Source of the DNA: Acidimicrobiia bacterium
GTDB taxonomy: Bacteria > Actinomycetota > Acidimicrobiia > Spongiisociales > ZC4RG35
Length of the DNA: 55,720 nt
Assembly: GCA_036556085.1 (NCBI GenBank)
Contig: DATBKE010000170.1
Coordinates: 1-55,720 of the forward strand
Direction: 5' to 3'
Shown here piece after piece: positions 26,489 through 35,294 of this stretch. The notes under the pieces were generated by a model. The model did no database searches, was not told the DNA's origin, and worked only from the letters and a program-made list of their open reading frames with translations. The position numbers and the translations under genes were made by a program. How positions within the stretch are numbered: position 1 is the first letter of the stretch; each line of letters opens with the position of its first letter.

Positions 26489-29211
26489 CCCACGGCGAAG
26501 TCGAGCAGCTCGTCGAACGTGAGAGCAAGGCCGCGTTCGAAGGCCGCCTCAAACTCCTCTTTGGTGAGACTTTCCATGGCCGCCACCCGTTGACGTTCGA
26601 AGACCCTTTGCTCATGCGGCAGTCGCTTCCGGCCTCGAAGCAGCTGCTCAGACCCGCCGAGCAGCACCGCCGCCTTCTCGGCGGAGCCAGCCGCCAGCTC
26701 GAAGCCCGCCGCCTCGACAAACACGGTCACCATGACCACCGCGATCGAGCGATAGTCAGCCAGCTTCCTGAACTCGGCGCCCCAGGTGTTCTTCATTTTG
26801 GCCAGGGCACCTTTCGGATCGCCTTTCCTACCCATCACCAGTGCGGCCACGACGTCTTGTCGGCCGGGAGCACTCGGGATGCGGCCCAACTCGGAAAGGC
26901 GCTTCGAATACTTCTCGGCCCGGTCGAGGTCGTCTATGAACAATGCCTCGAAAAATGCGGCGGTGAGGGAGTTGCTCAGCATCTCCATCGACCCGGTCTT
27001 CTCTGCGTGTTGAAGGGCCGAGTCGAGCAGGCGGCCTCCCTTTTCGGTGTCCCCTACAGCGTTGGCAAGCGATGCCAGCTCCTGGGAGGCGAACGCCATG
27101 CTTTGGAGGTCGTTGTGCGCTTCTGCGGTGGCGAGCTCCTCGGCGACAAGTTCGGCGCCGATCGCGTAATCGCCCATTCGAATGGTGGCCATGGCCAGGT
27201 TGTGGATGGCGGCCGTGGTGAGATCGGGGCGATCACCCTTCCGCAGGGTCGCCACGGCTATTTCCAAATGATGGCGGCCTTCTTCCAGATCGCCGTGCAG
27301 GAGCGCCATCGTGCCGGCCCCGAGCTGCGCCCGACCCCACGCTTGTTGGTCGGCAGGCTCGAGGTCCACAGCCTGGGCGAGCCATTCGCGGCCTTCCTCG
27401 GAGTGATGGCGAATCATCCAGAAGCGGTAAAGGGTTCCGGCCAATCCCTGGGCCAGGTCCGCTCTGCTGGCGTCGATCGACCACCGCAAGGCCTGGCGGA
27501 GGTTGTCATGGTCGACCTCGAGCTTCTCTTGCCACATGATCTCGTCGAGTCCGCGGAGATGGGGAAGAGCGGTTTCGACCAGACTTCGGAAGTACGTTGC
27601 GTGCGCCTCTCGCACCTGCTCTGTGTCGCCGCTGGCCAGACGTTCGCGCCCGTACTGCCGGAGCGTTTCCAGCATTCGATAGCGGACCCCGTCAAGACCG
27701 TCAGCCGCGACCACCAGTGATTTGTCCACCAAATGGGAAAGCAGATCGAGAATCCGGTGCGAATCGAGGGGCGGGCCGGCGCACACGGCTTCAGCGGCCT
27801 CAAGTGTGAAGCCCCCCTGGAAGACCGAAAGTCGATCGAAGAGGATCCTTTCGTTGTCATCGAGCAGGTCGTAACTCCAGTCGATCGCAGCCTGCAATGT
27901 CTGCTGTCGAGGGAGAGCGGTGCGGCTCCCTCCGGTCAGCAATCGGAAGCGATCGTCGAGCCGACTGGCAATCTGCTCAGGCGACAGCATTCGCAGGCGT
28001 GCAGCGGCCAATTCGATGGCGAGCGGCATTCCATCGAGGCGATGGCACAGCGCGGCCACCGCCCGCGCGTTCTCGGAAGTGATTCGAAAGCCGGTGCGGA
28101 CGGACTCGGCCCTGGCGGTGAAGAGCCGTACGGCATCGAAGCGAGAAACAACTTCGGCAGGCTCGTCGATGTCGGGAAAGCCCATGGAGCGCAGGTGATA
28201 GGGAACCTCGCCTGCCACCCCCAACATCTCGCGACTGGTTGCCAGAATCCGAATATCCGGTGCCGCGGCGAGCAGTCGCTGGGCAATCCAGGCGGCGGGA
28301 TCGAGGAGGTGCTCGCAATTGTCGAGGATCAAGAGCAATTCGAGGGGACGCAGATGATCAATCAATATCCCCTCCAGCGTTTGACCTGATTGCTCGCGAA
28401 CGCCGAGGGTGGCTGCGATCGCCCGGACGACACCATCGGGCTCGGCGACGGGGGCTAACTCGACCAGCCAGACCCCATCTCGAAAAGCGTCAAGCAACGC
28501 CGTGGCGGCCTGGAGGGCAAGGCGGGTTTTGCCCGAGCCTCCCACTCCTGTCAGGGTGAGCAGGCGCGATCCGGAGATCAGCTTGATCGCCTCTTCGAGT
28601 TCCTGGTCGCGACCCACGAAACTCGTCGGCTGCAAAGGCAGATTGTTGGCGGCAGCAAGCGAATGTCTTAACTCGCCGGTGGGTTCCAGCCGGGAGTGGA
28701 CGGCCTCAAAGACTCGCTCAGTGGCAGAAAGATCGCGAAGTCGGTGGGTGCCTCGATTCCTGAAACTGACCTCCGCTGGGGGCTCGTCCTTCACCAGACC
28801 ATGGATCGCTTCGGTCAGCAGGACCTGTCCCCCCGAGGCCAGCGTCAAGAGACGGGCCGCCCGGTTGAGGGCAGGACCGAAATAGTCTCCGTTGCGCTCA
28901 GCCGCCACGCCCGAATGGAGTGCCATCCTCACCCTGAGGCTCAGGTCTGCGGGCCACTTCTGAGCGGCGAGCGCAAGCTGGGCATCGATGGCCGCCGACA
29001 GACCCTCGGCTGGTCGGTGGAACGCGGTGGTGAACGAGTCCCCTGCGGTCGAGAACACGTGGCCTCCATGAGCTTCCACGGACTGGCGCACCAGTTGGTC
29101 GTGGATTTCGACCGCTTCGGCCATCTCCTGGGGGTGAGCCTCCCAAAGGCGAGTTGATCCCTCGATATCGGTAAAGAGGAACGTGACGGTCCCTGTCGGC
29201 GCCGACGTCAT
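26485..29211 (-). CDS. Class III nucleotidyl cyclase - STAND (AP-ATPase/NB-ARC-like) NTPase - TPR protein
   Basis: TFLFTDIEGST, GDSF, NRAARL, GTHRLRDL; Walker A GVGGSGKT, LILDNCEH, LDGMPLAIELAAAR; helical TPR-like C-terminus; no LuxR HTH. Confidence 0.92.
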   Translation of the reverse strand: MTSAPTGTVTFLFTDIEGSTRLWEAHPQEMAEAVEIHDQLVRQSVEAHGGHVFSTAGDSFTTAFHRPAEGLSAAIDAQLALAAQKWPADLSLRVRMALHSGVAAERNGDYFGPALNRAARLLTLASGGQVLLTEAIHGLVKDEPPAEVSFRNRGTHRLRDLSATERVFEAVHSRLEPTGELRHSLAAANNLPLQPTSFVGRDQELEEAIKLISGSRLLTLTGVGGSGKTRLALQAATALLDAFRDGVWLVELAPVAEPDGVVRAIAATLGVREQSGQTLEGILIDHLRPLELLLILDNCEHLLDPAAWIAQRLLAAAPDIRILATSREMLGVAGEVPYHLRSMGFPDIDEPAEVVSRFDAVRLFTARAESVRTGFRITSENARAVAALCHRLDGMPLAIELAAARLRMLSPEQIASRLDDRFRLLTGGSRTALPRQQTLQAAIDWSYDLLDDNERILFDRLSVFQGGFTLEAAEAVCAGPPLDSHRILDLLSHLVDKSLVVAADGLDGVRYRMLETLRQYGRERLASGDTEQVREAHATYFRSLVETALPHLRGLDEIMWQEKLEVDHDNLRQALRWSIDASRADLAQGLAGTLYRFWMIRHHSEEGREWLAQAVDLEPADQQAWGRAQLGAGTMALLHGDLEEGRHHLEIAVATLRKGDRPDLTTAAIHNLAMATIRMGDYAIGAELVAEELATAEAHNDLQSMAFASQELASLANAVGDTEKGGRLLDSALQHAEKTGSMEMLSNSLTAAFFEALFIDDLDRAEKYSKRLSELGRIPSAPGRQDVVAALVMGRKGDPKGALAKMKNTWGAEFRKLADYRSIAVVMVTVFVEAAGFELAAGSAEKAAVLLGGSEQLLRGRKRLPHEQRVFERQRVAAMESLTKEEFEAAFERGLALTFDELLDFAVG

Positions 29212-29272
29212 TTGGCGGACATTCTGGCGCGGCGGATCCAGCTGCCGGCCTCGATTTGGCTAGGGTCGAAAG

Positions 29273-30484
29273 GTGGATTTTGCCTTCTCTCCTCGGGTCG
29301 AGGAACTGCGGTCCGAGCTCAGTAATTTCATGGACGAGAAGGTCTTTCCAGCCGAGGTGACGTATCGGTTGCAGATGGAAGAGAGCGGGGATCCGAACTT
29401 CTTTCCACCGATCATCGACGATCTCAAGAAAGAGGCCCGCGCCCGGGGACTTTGGAACCTGTTTCTTCCCGCCGAGAGCGGCCTGTCGGTCTCGGAGTAC
29501 GCCCCGCTGGCCGAGATAACCGGTTGGAGCCCGCATCTGGCTCCGGAAGCTCTCAACTGTTCGGCCCCCGATACCGGGAACATGGAGATCCTCCACATGT
29601 TCGGGACCCCGGAGCAGCAGGAGCGGTGGCTCGCCCCGCTCCTGGCGGGCGAAATCCGTTCGTGCTTCTCGATGACCGAACCGGACGTGGCGTCCTCCGA
29701 TGCCACCAACATCCGCACCCGAATCGAGAGAGACGGGCCGGACTACGTGATTACCGGCCGCAAGTGGTTCTCATCCGGGGCAGCCTCTCCTAGGTGCAAG
29801 GTGGCGATCGTCATGGGAGTGACGAACCCTGGCGCCGATCCTCACCACCGACAGAGCATGATCCTGGTGCCGTTCGACACCCCCGGGGTCACTCTCGAGC
29901 GCCAGCCGACCGTCTTCGGCTATCACGACCGTGGCGCTCATCCCGTGGTCCTCTATGACGGGGTCCGGGTTCCGGCCAAGAATCTGCTCGGCGAGGAGGG
30001 CGGTGGCTTTGCCATCGCCCAGGCCCGTCTGGGGCCGGGGCGAATTCATCACTGCATGCGTGCCATTGGTGCGGCGGAACGATGCCTCGAGATGATGTGT
30101 CGTCGGGCCAAAGGGCGGGTCGCCTTTGGCAAGACAATCGCTGAGCAAGGGGTGGTCCAATCCTGGATTGCCGACGCCCGAATTCGCATCGAACAAGCGC
30201 GCCTATTGACATTGAAAACCGCTTGGCTGATCGATCGATTTGGGGTCAAAGGCGCTCGCACCGAAATCGCCGCCATCAAAGTTGTCGCTCCGGAGGCTCT
30301 CACCTTTGTCGCCGACCGGGCCATGCAGACCTTTGGCGCCGCCGGCTTTACCGACGATTTTCCCCTCGCCGAGCTCTGGTCGATGGGGCGTTGGCTGCAA
30401 ATCGCAGACGGTCCAGACGAGGTCCACCGCCGATCCGTCGCTCGGGCCGAATTGGGCCGGTTTGAACCGGGTTTCATGGGGTAA
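29273..30484 (+). CDS. Acyl-CoA dehydrogenase
   Basis: NCSAPDTGNME, FSMTEPDVASSDA, GRKWFSSGA, QARLGPGRIHHCMR, IADGPDEVH. Confidence 0.95.
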   Translation: MDFAFSPRVEELRSELSNFMDEKVFPAEVTYRLQMEESGDPNFFPPIIDDLKKEARARGLWNLFLPAESGLSVSEYAPLAEITGWSPHLAPEALNCSAPDTGNMEILHMFGTPEQQERWLAPLLAGEIRSCFSMTEPDVASSDATNIRTRIERDGPDYVITGRKWFSSGAASPRCKVAIVMGVTNPGADPHHRQSMILVPFDTPGVTLERQPTVFGYHDRGAHPVVLYDGVRVPAKNLLGEEGGGFAIAQARLGPGRIHHCMRAIGAAERCLEMMCRRAKGRVAFGKTIAEQGVVQSWIADARIRIEQARLLTLKTAWLIDRFGVKGARTEIAAIKVVAPEALTFVADRAMQTFGAAGFTDDFPLAELWSMGRWLQIADGPDEVHRRSVARAELGRFEPGFMG

Positions 30485-30492
30485 GAAAGCCG

Positions 30493-30518
30493 GGAACGAA
30501 ATCGACTTGACAGGCGTT
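30493..30518 (+). promoter_or_regulatory. SigH/SigR-type (ECF) promoter upstream of whiB, overlapping a TTGACA -35 box
   Basis: GGAAC(30493-30497)-N17-CGTT(30515-30518); TTGACA at 30507-30512. Confidence 0.5.
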
Positions 30519-30550
30519 TTAGGTTCCCTGATAGATAACTGCGCGAACAC

Positions 30551-30826
30551 ATGACTGCTAGCCCTATGACCATCGAAACCGAGATCGTCTCCTGGCGAGA
30601 CGACGCCGCCTGCATCGATTCCAAGATCGACTTCTTCCCCAATCCGGAGGACGTGGCGGCGATCAGCGCCGCCAAGGAGATTTGTTCGACCTGCCCGGTG
30701 GCGGATGAGTGCCTCACCTACGCCATCGAGACCCGCCAGGGGGAAGGCATCTGGGGCGGTCACACCCCGAAGGAACGGGTGAAGATCCGGCGCAAATGGT
30801 CCGAGCAGGTACGGAGAGCTAGCTAG
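30551..30826 (+). CDS. whiB: WhiB-family Fe-S transcriptional regulator
   Basis: W...AAC, CSTCPVADEC, GIWGG turn and basic C-terminus. Confidence 0.93.
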   Translation: MTASPMTIETEIVSWRDDAACIDSKIDFFPNPEDVAAISAAKEICSTCPVADECLTYAIETRQGEGIWGGHTPKERVKIRRKWSEQVRRAS

Positions 30827-30866
30827 CGGGTTCTTGCTGTCACCGTCGACGGTGATAAAACAGAGC

Positions 30867-32066
30867 ATGCTCGACGTCGACGAACTGCGCAACGAGTTCC
30901 CGGCCCTGGCCGGGCCACAGATCTTCCTCGACGGACCAGCCGGGACGCAGACACCCCGGCGGGTGATAGACGCGGTGGCCGGAGCCATGGCCACATCGAT
31001 GTCGAATGTCGGCGGTGAATTCCCGAGCTCCTACCGCTCTTCCGATCTCGTGAACAGGGCTCGGCAGGCAGGAGCCGATCTCACGGGTGGGTCCCCGGAG
31101 GAAATCGTCTTCGGAGCCAACATGACCTCCCTCACCTTTGCTCTCAGCCGCGCCCTGGCAGAAGATTGGGAGGAAGGGGATCGAATCGTCCTTTCCGCCC
31201 TCGACCATGATGCCAATGTCACCCCCTGGGTGCTGGCAGCTCGCTCCCGAGGGGTAGAGGTTGCTTTCGCTGAGCTCGGTGGTGATGCGTCCCTCGACCT
31301 CGACCATCTCGACTCGATCATCGATGACCGCACCCGATTGGTCGCGGTCACCGGTTGCTCGAACGCCTTTGGATCGCTCGTCGATGTCTCGCGTGTGGCC
31401 GCCAGTGCCGCCCGGGTGGGAGCCCTGAGCTACGTTGATGCGGTTCACCTGGCGCCGCACCGGTATCTCGACGTCGAGGCGATTGGGTGCGACTTCCTCG
31501 TTTGCTCGGCATACAAATTCTTTGGACCTCATCTGGGTGTCCTGTGGGGGCGACGCTCCCATCTCGCGCGTCTGCCGGCTTTCAAGGTTCGACCTGCCCC
31601 CGATGTGGGGCCGGAGCGTTGGGAAACCGGAACCTCGCCCTTCGAGCTGCTGGCGGGTTTCGTCGCCGCGGTCGACTATCTCGCCTCCCTGGGCTGGGGA
31701 GGCGACCGTCGCGGAGCGCTTGAATCGGCTTTCCGCGAGATTCGGGAGCAAGAGTCGCTGCTGGGCGAGCGTTTTCTGGCCGGACTGGGGGACAACGCCA
31801 AACTGGTTGGCCCCCCGACCATGGAAGGGAGGGTCTCCACCTTCGCCCTCGATGTCGCCGGGGTTCCGGCTCCCGAGGTCCAAAAGCGTCTGGGCGAACT
31901 CGGAATCGCCACCTGGGCCGGTCACTACTACGCCGTCGAACCGATGCGGCGGCTCGGCTTCCTCGATCGCGGTGGGCTGGTGCGGATCGGGTTCCTCCAC
32001 ATCAACACACCACTAGAGGTCGATGCGGTCCTCGATGGCCTGGCCCGGATCGCCGAGGCGGCATGA
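30867..32066 (+). CDS. Cysteine-desulfurase-like class V aminotransferase (VC1184/TIGR01976-type)
   Basis: FLDGPAGTQTP, FGANMTSLTF, LDHDANVTPW, YVDAVH, CSAYKFFGPH; AGHYYA where SufS has RxGHHCA. Confidence 0.88.
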   Translation: MLDVDELRNEFPALAGPQIFLDGPAGTQTPRRVIDAVAGAMATSMSNVGGEFPSSYRSSDLVNRARQAGADLTGGSPEEIVFGANMTSLTFALSRALAEDWEEGDRIVLSALDHDANVTPWVLAARSRGVEVAFAELGGDASLDLDHLDSIIDDRTRLVAVTGCSNAFGSLVDVSRVAASAARVGALSYVDAVHLAPHRYLDVEAIGCDFLVCSAYKFFGPHLGVLWGRRSHLARLPAFKVRPAPDVGPERWETGTSPFELLAGFVAAVDYLASLGWGGDRRGALESAFREIREQESLLGERFLAGLGDNAKLVGPPTMEGRVSTFALDVAGVPAPEVQKRLGELGIATWAGHYYAVEPMRRLGFLDRGGLVRIGFLHINTPLEVDAVLDGLARIAEAA

Positions 32067-33319
32067 CCGACTACGGGTTTGCCACCAGGGCCATTCACGC
32101 CGGCCAGCGCCCCGATCCCGAGACCGGAGCCCGGGCGATGCCGATATACGCCTCGACCTCGTTCGTTTTCGAGGACGCCCAGACGGCGGCCGATCTCTTC
32201 GCCCTCCAAACCTTCGGAAACATCTACACCCGGATCGGCAACCCCACCAACGCCGCCTTCGAAGAACGCATGGCCTCCTTGGAAGGCGGGCTGGGAGCCC
32301 TGGCGACAAGCTCGGGGCAAGCCGCCCAGCTGATCTCGATCCTCACCCTCTGTCAGAAGGGTGACGAGATCGTCGCGGCGAGAAATCTGTATGGGGGGAC
32401 CTACACGCAATTCGATGTCACGCTTCGCCGGATGGGGATCGATGTTCATTTCGTCGACCCCTCGCCGGCCGCATTCGCGGCAGCTTTGACCGAGAAGACC
32501 AAGTTGCTTTACGGGGAGACGATCGGAAATCCACGAGCCGAGGTCTTTGATATCGAGGGAGTTGCCGGCGTGGCCCACGAGCACGGTCTGCCACTCGTCA
32601 TCGACAACACCTTCGCCACCCCATTCCTGTGTCGCCCCATGGAATGGGGAGCGGACATCGTTGTCCATTCGGCGACCAAGTTTCTTGGTGGTCACGGCGT
32701 TGTCATCGCCGGGGTAATCGTCGAGTCGGGTCGGTTCCCTTGGGACAACGGCAACTTCCCATTGCTGGTCGATCCCTCGCCTGCCTATCACGGTCTTCGC
32801 TTCTGGGACAACTTTCGGGAGTACGGCTATTTGATGAAGGCCCGCACCGAGCTTCTCCGTGATGTAGGGGCCGCACTCTCTCCCTTCAATGCCTTCATGC
32901 TGCTGCTGGGTCTCGAAACCTTGCCGCTACGAATGGATCGGCACGTCTCCAACGCCCGAGCGGTGGCCGATCATTTGGCACAGCATCCGGGGGTGGCCTG
33001 GGTGAGCTACCCGTCGGCTGACGACCCGATGGTCCAAAAATATGTACCTGCCGGGCCGGGGGCCGTGTTCACCTTTGGAGTCAAGGGCGGATTCGAGGCG
33101 GGCCGTCAGTTCATCGAGAAGGTCGAGCTGGCATCTCATCTGGCCAACGTCGGCGATGCCAAGACGCTGGTCATCCACCCTGCCTCCACCACCCATCAAC
33201 AGGTTCCGCCCGAAGAGCGGGCCGCCTCAGGGGTGGGCGAGGACATGGTCCGGATCTCTGTGGGGATCGAAGACGTTGCCGACATCATCGCCGACCTCGA
33301 TCAGGCGTTGGTCACGTGA
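32063..33319 (+). CDS. metY: O-acetylhomoserine aminocarboxypropyltransferase / sulfhydrylase
   Basis: PIYASTSF, YTRIGNPT, SSGQAAQ, HSATKFLGGHG, HLANVGDAKTLVIHPASTTHQQ. Confidence 0.93.
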   Translation: MTDYGFATRAIHAGQRPDPETGARAMPIYASTSFVFEDAQTAADLFALQTFGNIYTRIGNPTNAAFEERMASLEGGLGALATSSGQAAQLISILTLCQKGDEIVAARNLYGGTYTQFDVTLRRMGIDVHFVDPSPAAFAAALTEKTKLLYGETIGNPRAEVFDIEGVAGVAHEHGLPLVIDNTFATPFLCRPMEWGADIVVHSATKFLGGHGVVIAGVIVESGRFPWDNGNFPLLVDPSPAYHGLRFWDNFREYGYLMKARTELLRDVGAALSPFNAFMLLLGLETLPLRMDRHVSNARAVADHLAQHPGVAWVSYPSADDPMVQKYVPAGPGAVFTFGVKGGFEAGRQFIEKVELASHLANVGDAKTLVIHPASTTHQQVPPEERAASGVGEDMVRISVGIEDVADIIADLDQALVT

Positions 33320-33789
33320 TAACGGAGGCCACTCCTCTCGAGCGTCTCGAGATTCTGCGCAACTCGCGCACTGTCGCCCTGGTGGGTGTTTCGCCCAACC
33401 CTCTCCGGTCTTCGAACTTCGTGGCGACCTACCTCACCCGTACTCCCTACACGGTGTGGCCGGTCAATCCCCATGCCACAGAGGTCCTGGGTAAGAAGGC
33501 CTATCCGAGCTTGGCAGACCTCCCTGAGCCCCCCGACATCGTCGACTGCTTTCGCAAGGAGTCCGAGCTGCCGGGGGTGGTGAAGGAGGCGATCGCCGTC
33601 GGGGCCAAGGTGGTGTGGTTCCAGTTGGGACTGCGCAACGACGAAGCCGCCGAGATGGCGATCGAGGCGGGTCTGAAGGTGGTTCAGGACCGGTGCTTGA
33701 AGATCGAGCACGCTCGTTTCGCCGGCGGCCTGCATCTGTCCGGCTTCGACACCGGCGTGATCTCCAGCAAGCGGCGGCGGCCGGTCTAG
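33316..33789 (+). CDS. CoA-binding protein (YccU-like)
   Basis: VALVGVSPNPLRSSNFV, DIVDCFR, VWFQLG, VVQDRCLKIEH; a typical metY neighbour. Confidence 0.9.
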   Translation: MITEATPLERLEILRNSRTVALVGVSPNPLRSSNFVATYLTRTPYTVWPVNPHATEVLGKKAYPSLADLPEPPDIVDCFRKESELPGVVKEAIAVGAKVVWFQLGLRNDEAAEMAIEAGLKVVQDRCLKIEHARFAGGLHLSGFDTGVISSKRRRPV

Positions 33790-33857
33790 CTACTCGCGAC
33801 CCAGGGCCGTAGCCGTTGCCCTGCAACGGTTACGGCCCACAGAGTGAAAAATCGGGG

Positions 33858-33888
33858 TTGACTCTTCCCCGACGTCAACGTCGACAAT
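33858..33888 (+). promoter_or_regulatory. MerR-type promoter/operator of the merR gene (leaderless)
   Basis: TTGACT-19 bp-GACAAT with dyad CGACGT-CA-ACGTCG (33870-33883) in the spacer; ATG 6 nt after the -10. Confidence 0.8.
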
Positions 33889-33894
33889 CACCCC

Positions 33895-34722
33895 ATGGCC
33901 AAGCCGGAAGACGATCTTCTCACCATTGGCGCTTTCTCCAAGCGCTCGCGGCTTTCCGCGCGAGCGCTGCGCATCTACGACGAACTGGGCCTGCTTCAGC
34001 CGGTCAAAGTCGATTCCCAAACGGGCTATCGCTACTACCGGCTCGATCAGGTCGAGCGAGCTCGCCTGATCGGTCTTATGCGCCGATTGGAGATGCCACT
34101 CGAGAGCATCGGCGAGCTGCTTGACCTCGACGGATCGGTGGCTGCGAAGAGCCTTGCCTCCTACTGGCAGGAGGTAGAGGCCGGCCATCGCGAGCGTCGC
34201 AAGCTTGTGCGCTACCTGGAAAAGTATCTGAACGAGAAGGGAGACAAGATGTTCGAAGTCGAAGCAAGGTCCGCGTCGGAAATGCGGGTGATGTCGATTC
34301 AACGCAAAGTTCTAGTCGACTCGCTGCCCGAGTTCATCCAGCAAGCGACGCATAGCCTCATGGATCAGATCGAAATCGGCGGCGGTTCCGTGACGGGCGC
34401 ACTTTTCGTCGTGTACCACGGTGAGGTCAACAAGGACTCCGATGGTCCGGTCGAGGTGTGCGTGCCCTTCGCTGGATCCGTCGAGCCCATAGGCGAAGCG
34501 GCCGTTCGAGAAGAGCCAGCGCACGACGAGCTCTTCACTCGTATCACCAAGGCTCAAGTCGAGTTCCCGATGATTCTCGACGCATACGAAGCTGTGCACA
34601 GGCGCATCGTCGAGACTGGTCGGACACCGGCGGGACCGCCGCGCGAGGTGTACTTCGTCGATTGGGATGCAGTCGGCCCTTCCGACCCGGCCTGCGACAT
34701 CGCCTGGCCGGTGGAGAACTAA
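33895..34722 (+). CDS. MerR-family regulator with GyrI-like effector-binding domain
   Basis: TIGAFSK...LRIYDELGLL...TGYRYY HTH; C-terminal FVVYHGEV...GPVEVCVP...PPREVYF. Confidence 0.93.
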   Translation: MAKPEDDLLTIGAFSKRSRLSARALRIYDELGLLQPVKVDSQTGYRYYRLDQVERARLIGLMRRLEMPLESIGELLDLDGSVAAKSLASYWQEVEAGHRERRKLVRYLEKYLNEKGDKMFEVEARSASEMRVMSIQRKVLVDSLPEFIQQATHSLMDQIEIGGGSVTGALFVVYHGEVNKDSDGPVEVCVPFAGSVEPIGEAAVREEPAHDELFTRITKAQVEFPMILDAYEAVHRRIVETGRTPAGPPREVYFVDWDAVGPSDPACDIAWPVEN

Positions 34723-35285
34723 GGCGGGTTAGCTCCCGCCTTCTTCATCTCCCGCTTCTGCTCGCGCAGGACGGCGATGTCGTCCCACTTGGCGACGTCG
34801 GCGATGCTCGGCCAGTCGGCGGCGACCGCCTCCCAGCCCTCCGGCCGAACTCCAAGACGCTTACCCAGTAAGCCAACGAAGATCCGGGACTTGGCCTTGC
34901 CGAAACCGGGAAGGGCCTCTAAACGACGCAATAACTCCTGGCCGGTGGTTGCGGTCTCCCAGAGCGCGTCTGCGGAGCCGCTGTATTCCTTGACGAGGAC
35001 CTGGCACAGGTCCTGGGTGCGCTTGGCCATCGAGGCCGGATAGCGATGAACGACCGGTGGTCCTCGAAACGCCGCTTCCAATTCCTCGGGAGCGGTGGCT
35101 GCCAGATCGGCTGCATCCAGAGCACGCCCGAGACGATCGGACAGCAGCTTGGGGCCGTAGAAGGCCCGCTCCATCGGGAACTGCTGATCGAGCAACATCC
35201 CGATCAGGAGAGCCAGCCCACTCGAAGCCAGGAGCTGGTTGGCGTCCTCATCTTGGGTGAAAGGGAGCGATAAAGGTCGATCCAC
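34719..35285 (-). CDS. HhH-GPD-type base-excision repair family protein
   Basis: LLIGMLLDQQFPMERAFYGP, HRYPASMAKR, ALPGFGKAKSRIF. Confidence 0.88.
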   Translation of the reverse strand: MDRPLSLPFTQDEDANQLLASSGLALLIGMLLDQQFPMERAFYGPKLLSDRLGRALDAADLAATAPEELEAAFRGPPVVHRYPASMAKRTQDLCQVLVKEYSGSADALWETATTGQELLRRLEALPGFGKAKSRIFVGLLGKRLGVRPEGWEAVAADWPSIADVAKWDDIAVLREQKREMKKAGANPP

Positions 35286-35294
35286 AAACCGACG

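Noticed and set aside
26185-27720. 511-aa + strand ORF
   Set aside because: Antisense shadow of the cyclase-STAND and dipeptidase genes, with no recognisable motifs; long shadow ORFs are expected at this GC content.
30840-32000. 386-aa - strand ORF
   Set aside because: Lies entirely antisense to the desulfurase-like gene, with no motifs.
267-35285. DNA-protection genes (tag, 5'-3' exonuclease, dps, HhH-GPD) as a repair island
   Set aside because: Scattered over 35 kb among unrelated genes, with no shared operator seen.
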